From Candidatus Muiribacterium halophilum (GTDB lineage: Bacteria > Muiribacteriota > Muiribacteriia > Muiribacteriales > Muiribacteriaceae), in contig JALOAD010000034.1 of assembly GCA_023228995.1 (NCBI GenBank), positions 1-35,752 of the forward strand: a stretch of DNA of 35,752 nucleotides. The letters run 5' to 3'. The first letter of the stretch is position 1; every line of letters begins with the position of its first letter. The position numbers were made by a program, and so were the translations under genes. Positions 34,437 to 35,752 of the stretch are shown here, in pieces. A model generated the notes under the pieces. That model was not told where the DNA came from, searched no databases, and saw only the letters and a list, made by a program, of their open reading frames with translations.

Positions 34437-34878
34437 ACATTTACATTGGGATACAAACCTAAAAAATATGTGGTATATTTATGTTCTTAATTGTTCAGAT
34501 GATACATACTATTGTGGTATAACAAACAATTTCCACAAAAGAATGGACGATCATAATAGTGGAAAAGGTGCAAAATACACCCGTGGAAGAACACCTGTTA
34601 AACCAGTGTATTGGACTGTTGTTGGAACAAAATCTGAAGCACTTAAATTAGAATATAAGATAAAACAATATTCTCGAAAACAAAAAGAAAAATTAATAAA
34701 ATATCGTGTATTTCCTGAGTATATATTCAACTATAAAGGAAATTTATACTACATGAAAGGTGATATTCTATATATCTGGGGAGCAATAGAGGGAGAGGAC
34801 GACTGGTTAGAGTTGCAATCCGAAGAAATGAAACAAATATATCATAGAAGTAAAAAATTAAAAAGAATTTTAGAATGA
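34405..34878 (+). CDS. GIY-YIG nuclease domain protein carrying the KLERIL family tail (HRSKKLKRILE)
   Basis: WYIYVLNCSDDTYYCGITNNFHKRMDDHNSGKGAKYTRGRTPVKPVYW fits the GIY-YIG (Slx1/UPF0213-like) pattern. A possible later start is the ATG at 34468. Confidence 0.65.
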   Translation: MTKIMDLFEYKHLHWDTNLKNMWYIYVLNCSDDTYYCGITNNFHKRMDDHNSGKGAKYTRGRTPVKPVYWTVVGTKSEALKLEYKIKQYSRKQKEKLIKYRVFPEYIFNYKGNLYYMKGDILYIWGAIEGEDDWLELQSEEMKQIYHRSKKLKRILE

Positions 34879-35237
34879 AAAAATTAGTATTAGTATTAAG
34901 TATTTTATTTTGTTTCCTTATTGCAAATGCACAGAAACAAGATAAGCCTTTACCACTCAAATATAATAAAGTGGAAAATGTAAATTACCAAATGTTGAAT
35001 TATCAACAAGATTACAAACCTTTGGACCTTAAACTAAACTCAATTAGTTTAGGCGGTAGTCAAAATGATGATAATATAAAAGTCATTTCTACAATAGGTC
35101 TTGTAGGTGCAGTAACAATAGAATCAATTAATTATTATACACAACCTAAGAACGTTAGAAAAGACAATGCTTGGGCGCACTATGGTTTTATGGGTGTCTG
35201 TGCCGCAGGTTGGATAGCAATTCAAATAACATTTTAA
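34875..35237 (+). CDS. secreted or exported protein (signal peptide)
   Basis: MKKLVLVLSILFCFLIANA|QKQ is a typical SPase I signal with an A-x-A cleavage site. Confidence 0.55.
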   Translation: MKKLVLVLSILFCFLIANAQKQDKPLPLKYNKVENVNYQMLNYQQDYKPLDLKLNSISLGGSQNDDNIKVISTIGLVGAVTIESINYYTQPKNVRKDNAWAHYGFMGVCAAGWIAIQITF

Positions 35238-35238
35238 T

Positions 35239-35752
35239 ATGAAAATAAGAAACGGATTTGTAAGTAATAGTAGTTCTTCTTCATTCATAATTAATGATAA
35301 TGAAGAATTTAGTTCAGTTTTTGATATAGCTGAATATATGCTTCCATGTAGAGATATGTATGAAAATACAGATGAACTACTTAAAAGACTAAAAGAGAGT
35401 GATAAACATCCTGATACACCAATTAATTTTGGTTCTTGTAATTATGATACATTTATCTATAAACATAAAGATATTTATTTAGTTAGAACTTGTAATAATC
35501 ACGAATGGGGTAAATTAGAGCAATATCCAGATGTTGATTATTGTAATAATGAACATATATTAAAGAAATACCCTGAATTAGATCCTAATAACAATGGGTA
35601 TGTAGATTTTTACACTTTTCTTGAAGATAAAGAATTCTGGTCATTAGAAATGGGTTTTATGTTTAAGGAAACACAGGATTGGGATATATGTATGAATCCA
35701 GGAAATTATTCTTGGGATGACAAAGAAAATGTTTGTTGTGGTGAATTTTACA
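35239..35752 (+). CDS. 3'-truncated ORF (runs off the window end), hypothetical
   Basis: ATG at 35239. The frame is open to the end of the window, so the ORF is absent from the track because it has no stop. Confidence 0.45.
   Translation, partial: MKIRNGFVSNSSSSSFIINDNEEFSSVFDIAEYMLPCRDMYENTDELLKRLKESDKHPDTPINFGSCNYDTFIYKHKDIYLVRTCNNHEWGKLEQYPDVDYCNNEHILKKYPELDPNNNGYVDFYTFLEDKEFWSLEMGFMFKETQDWDICMNPGNYSWDDKENVCCGEFY

Noticed and set aside
9933-34878. The conserved gene-junction element as a DNA-level repeat (recombination site, promoter, or attC-like cassette boundary)
   Set aside because: The element is not palindromic and shows no promoter consensus. It varies by synonymous codon substitutions while the peptide is preserved, so the conservation is at protein level.
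16626-34960. Further antisense or nested track ORFs (16626..16823-, 17057..17344-, 17989..18171-, 18458..18697-, 18520..18720-, 21824..22099-, 22730..23200-, 25683..25976+, 26395..26619-, 27089..27274-, 27684..27902-, 28297..28524-, 31308..31505-, 32330..32587-, 32532..32762+, 33999..34223-, 34727..34960-)
   Set aside because: Same reasoning. They lie opposite to, or inside, better-supported genes of the tightly packed + strand array.
1-35752. CRISPR array, integrase or attachment site, transposase
   Set aside because: The window has no short regularly spaced repeats and no recombinase or transposase motifs. The only mobile-type genes are homing endonucleases.

Overview
This is an AT-rich window (roughly 30% GC by eye, not computed). 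It reads as an accessory or early region of a virulent phage, most plausibly one infecting a Bacteroidota host. Twelve-plus copies of the Bacteroidota sigma-A -7 element TAnnTTTG (mostly TATATTTG) sit directly upstream of genes, and almost no gene has a Shine-Dalgarno. In four cases the -7 element lies exactly 4 nt from the ATG, which implies leaderless mRNAs.

About 85 mostly small genes are packed with ATGA or TAATG stop-start overlaps. They are almost all on the + strand, apart from a 3.8-kb minus block (11736-15530) and a few isolated minus genes.

Products supported from sequence motifs:
- three beta-class N4/N6 DNA methyltransferases (DPPY/TPPY motifs), two of them disrupted;
- an ECF-type sigma factor;
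- a T4 endonuclease V (DenV) homolog;
- a DUF2263/PARG-like protein, possibly of macro-domain type;
- a class III nucleotidyl cyclase;
- a minimal pol-beta nucleotidyltransferase;
- a DUF4326 protein;
- two calcineurin-like metallophosphoesterases;
- three freestanding homing-endonuclease genes of different families (HNH, double-motif LAGLIDADG on the minus strand, GIY-YIG);
- an SPFH/band-7 gene that is split and pseudogenised by a roughly 3.7-kb insertion.

The most striking feature is a family of 22 otherwise unrelated ORFs (about 50-285 aa) scattered from 9933 to 34878 and concentrated in 21657-28049 and 31629-34878. They share a conserved roughly 11-residue C-terminal tail, [LIVM]-R-x-x-K-L-[EK]-R-I-[LI]-[KN]-[DE]. 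Its codons vary synonymously, and its stop overlaps the next start. The function of this tail is unknown.

All coordinates that do not come from the supplied ORF track were counted by hand and may be off by 1-2 nt.
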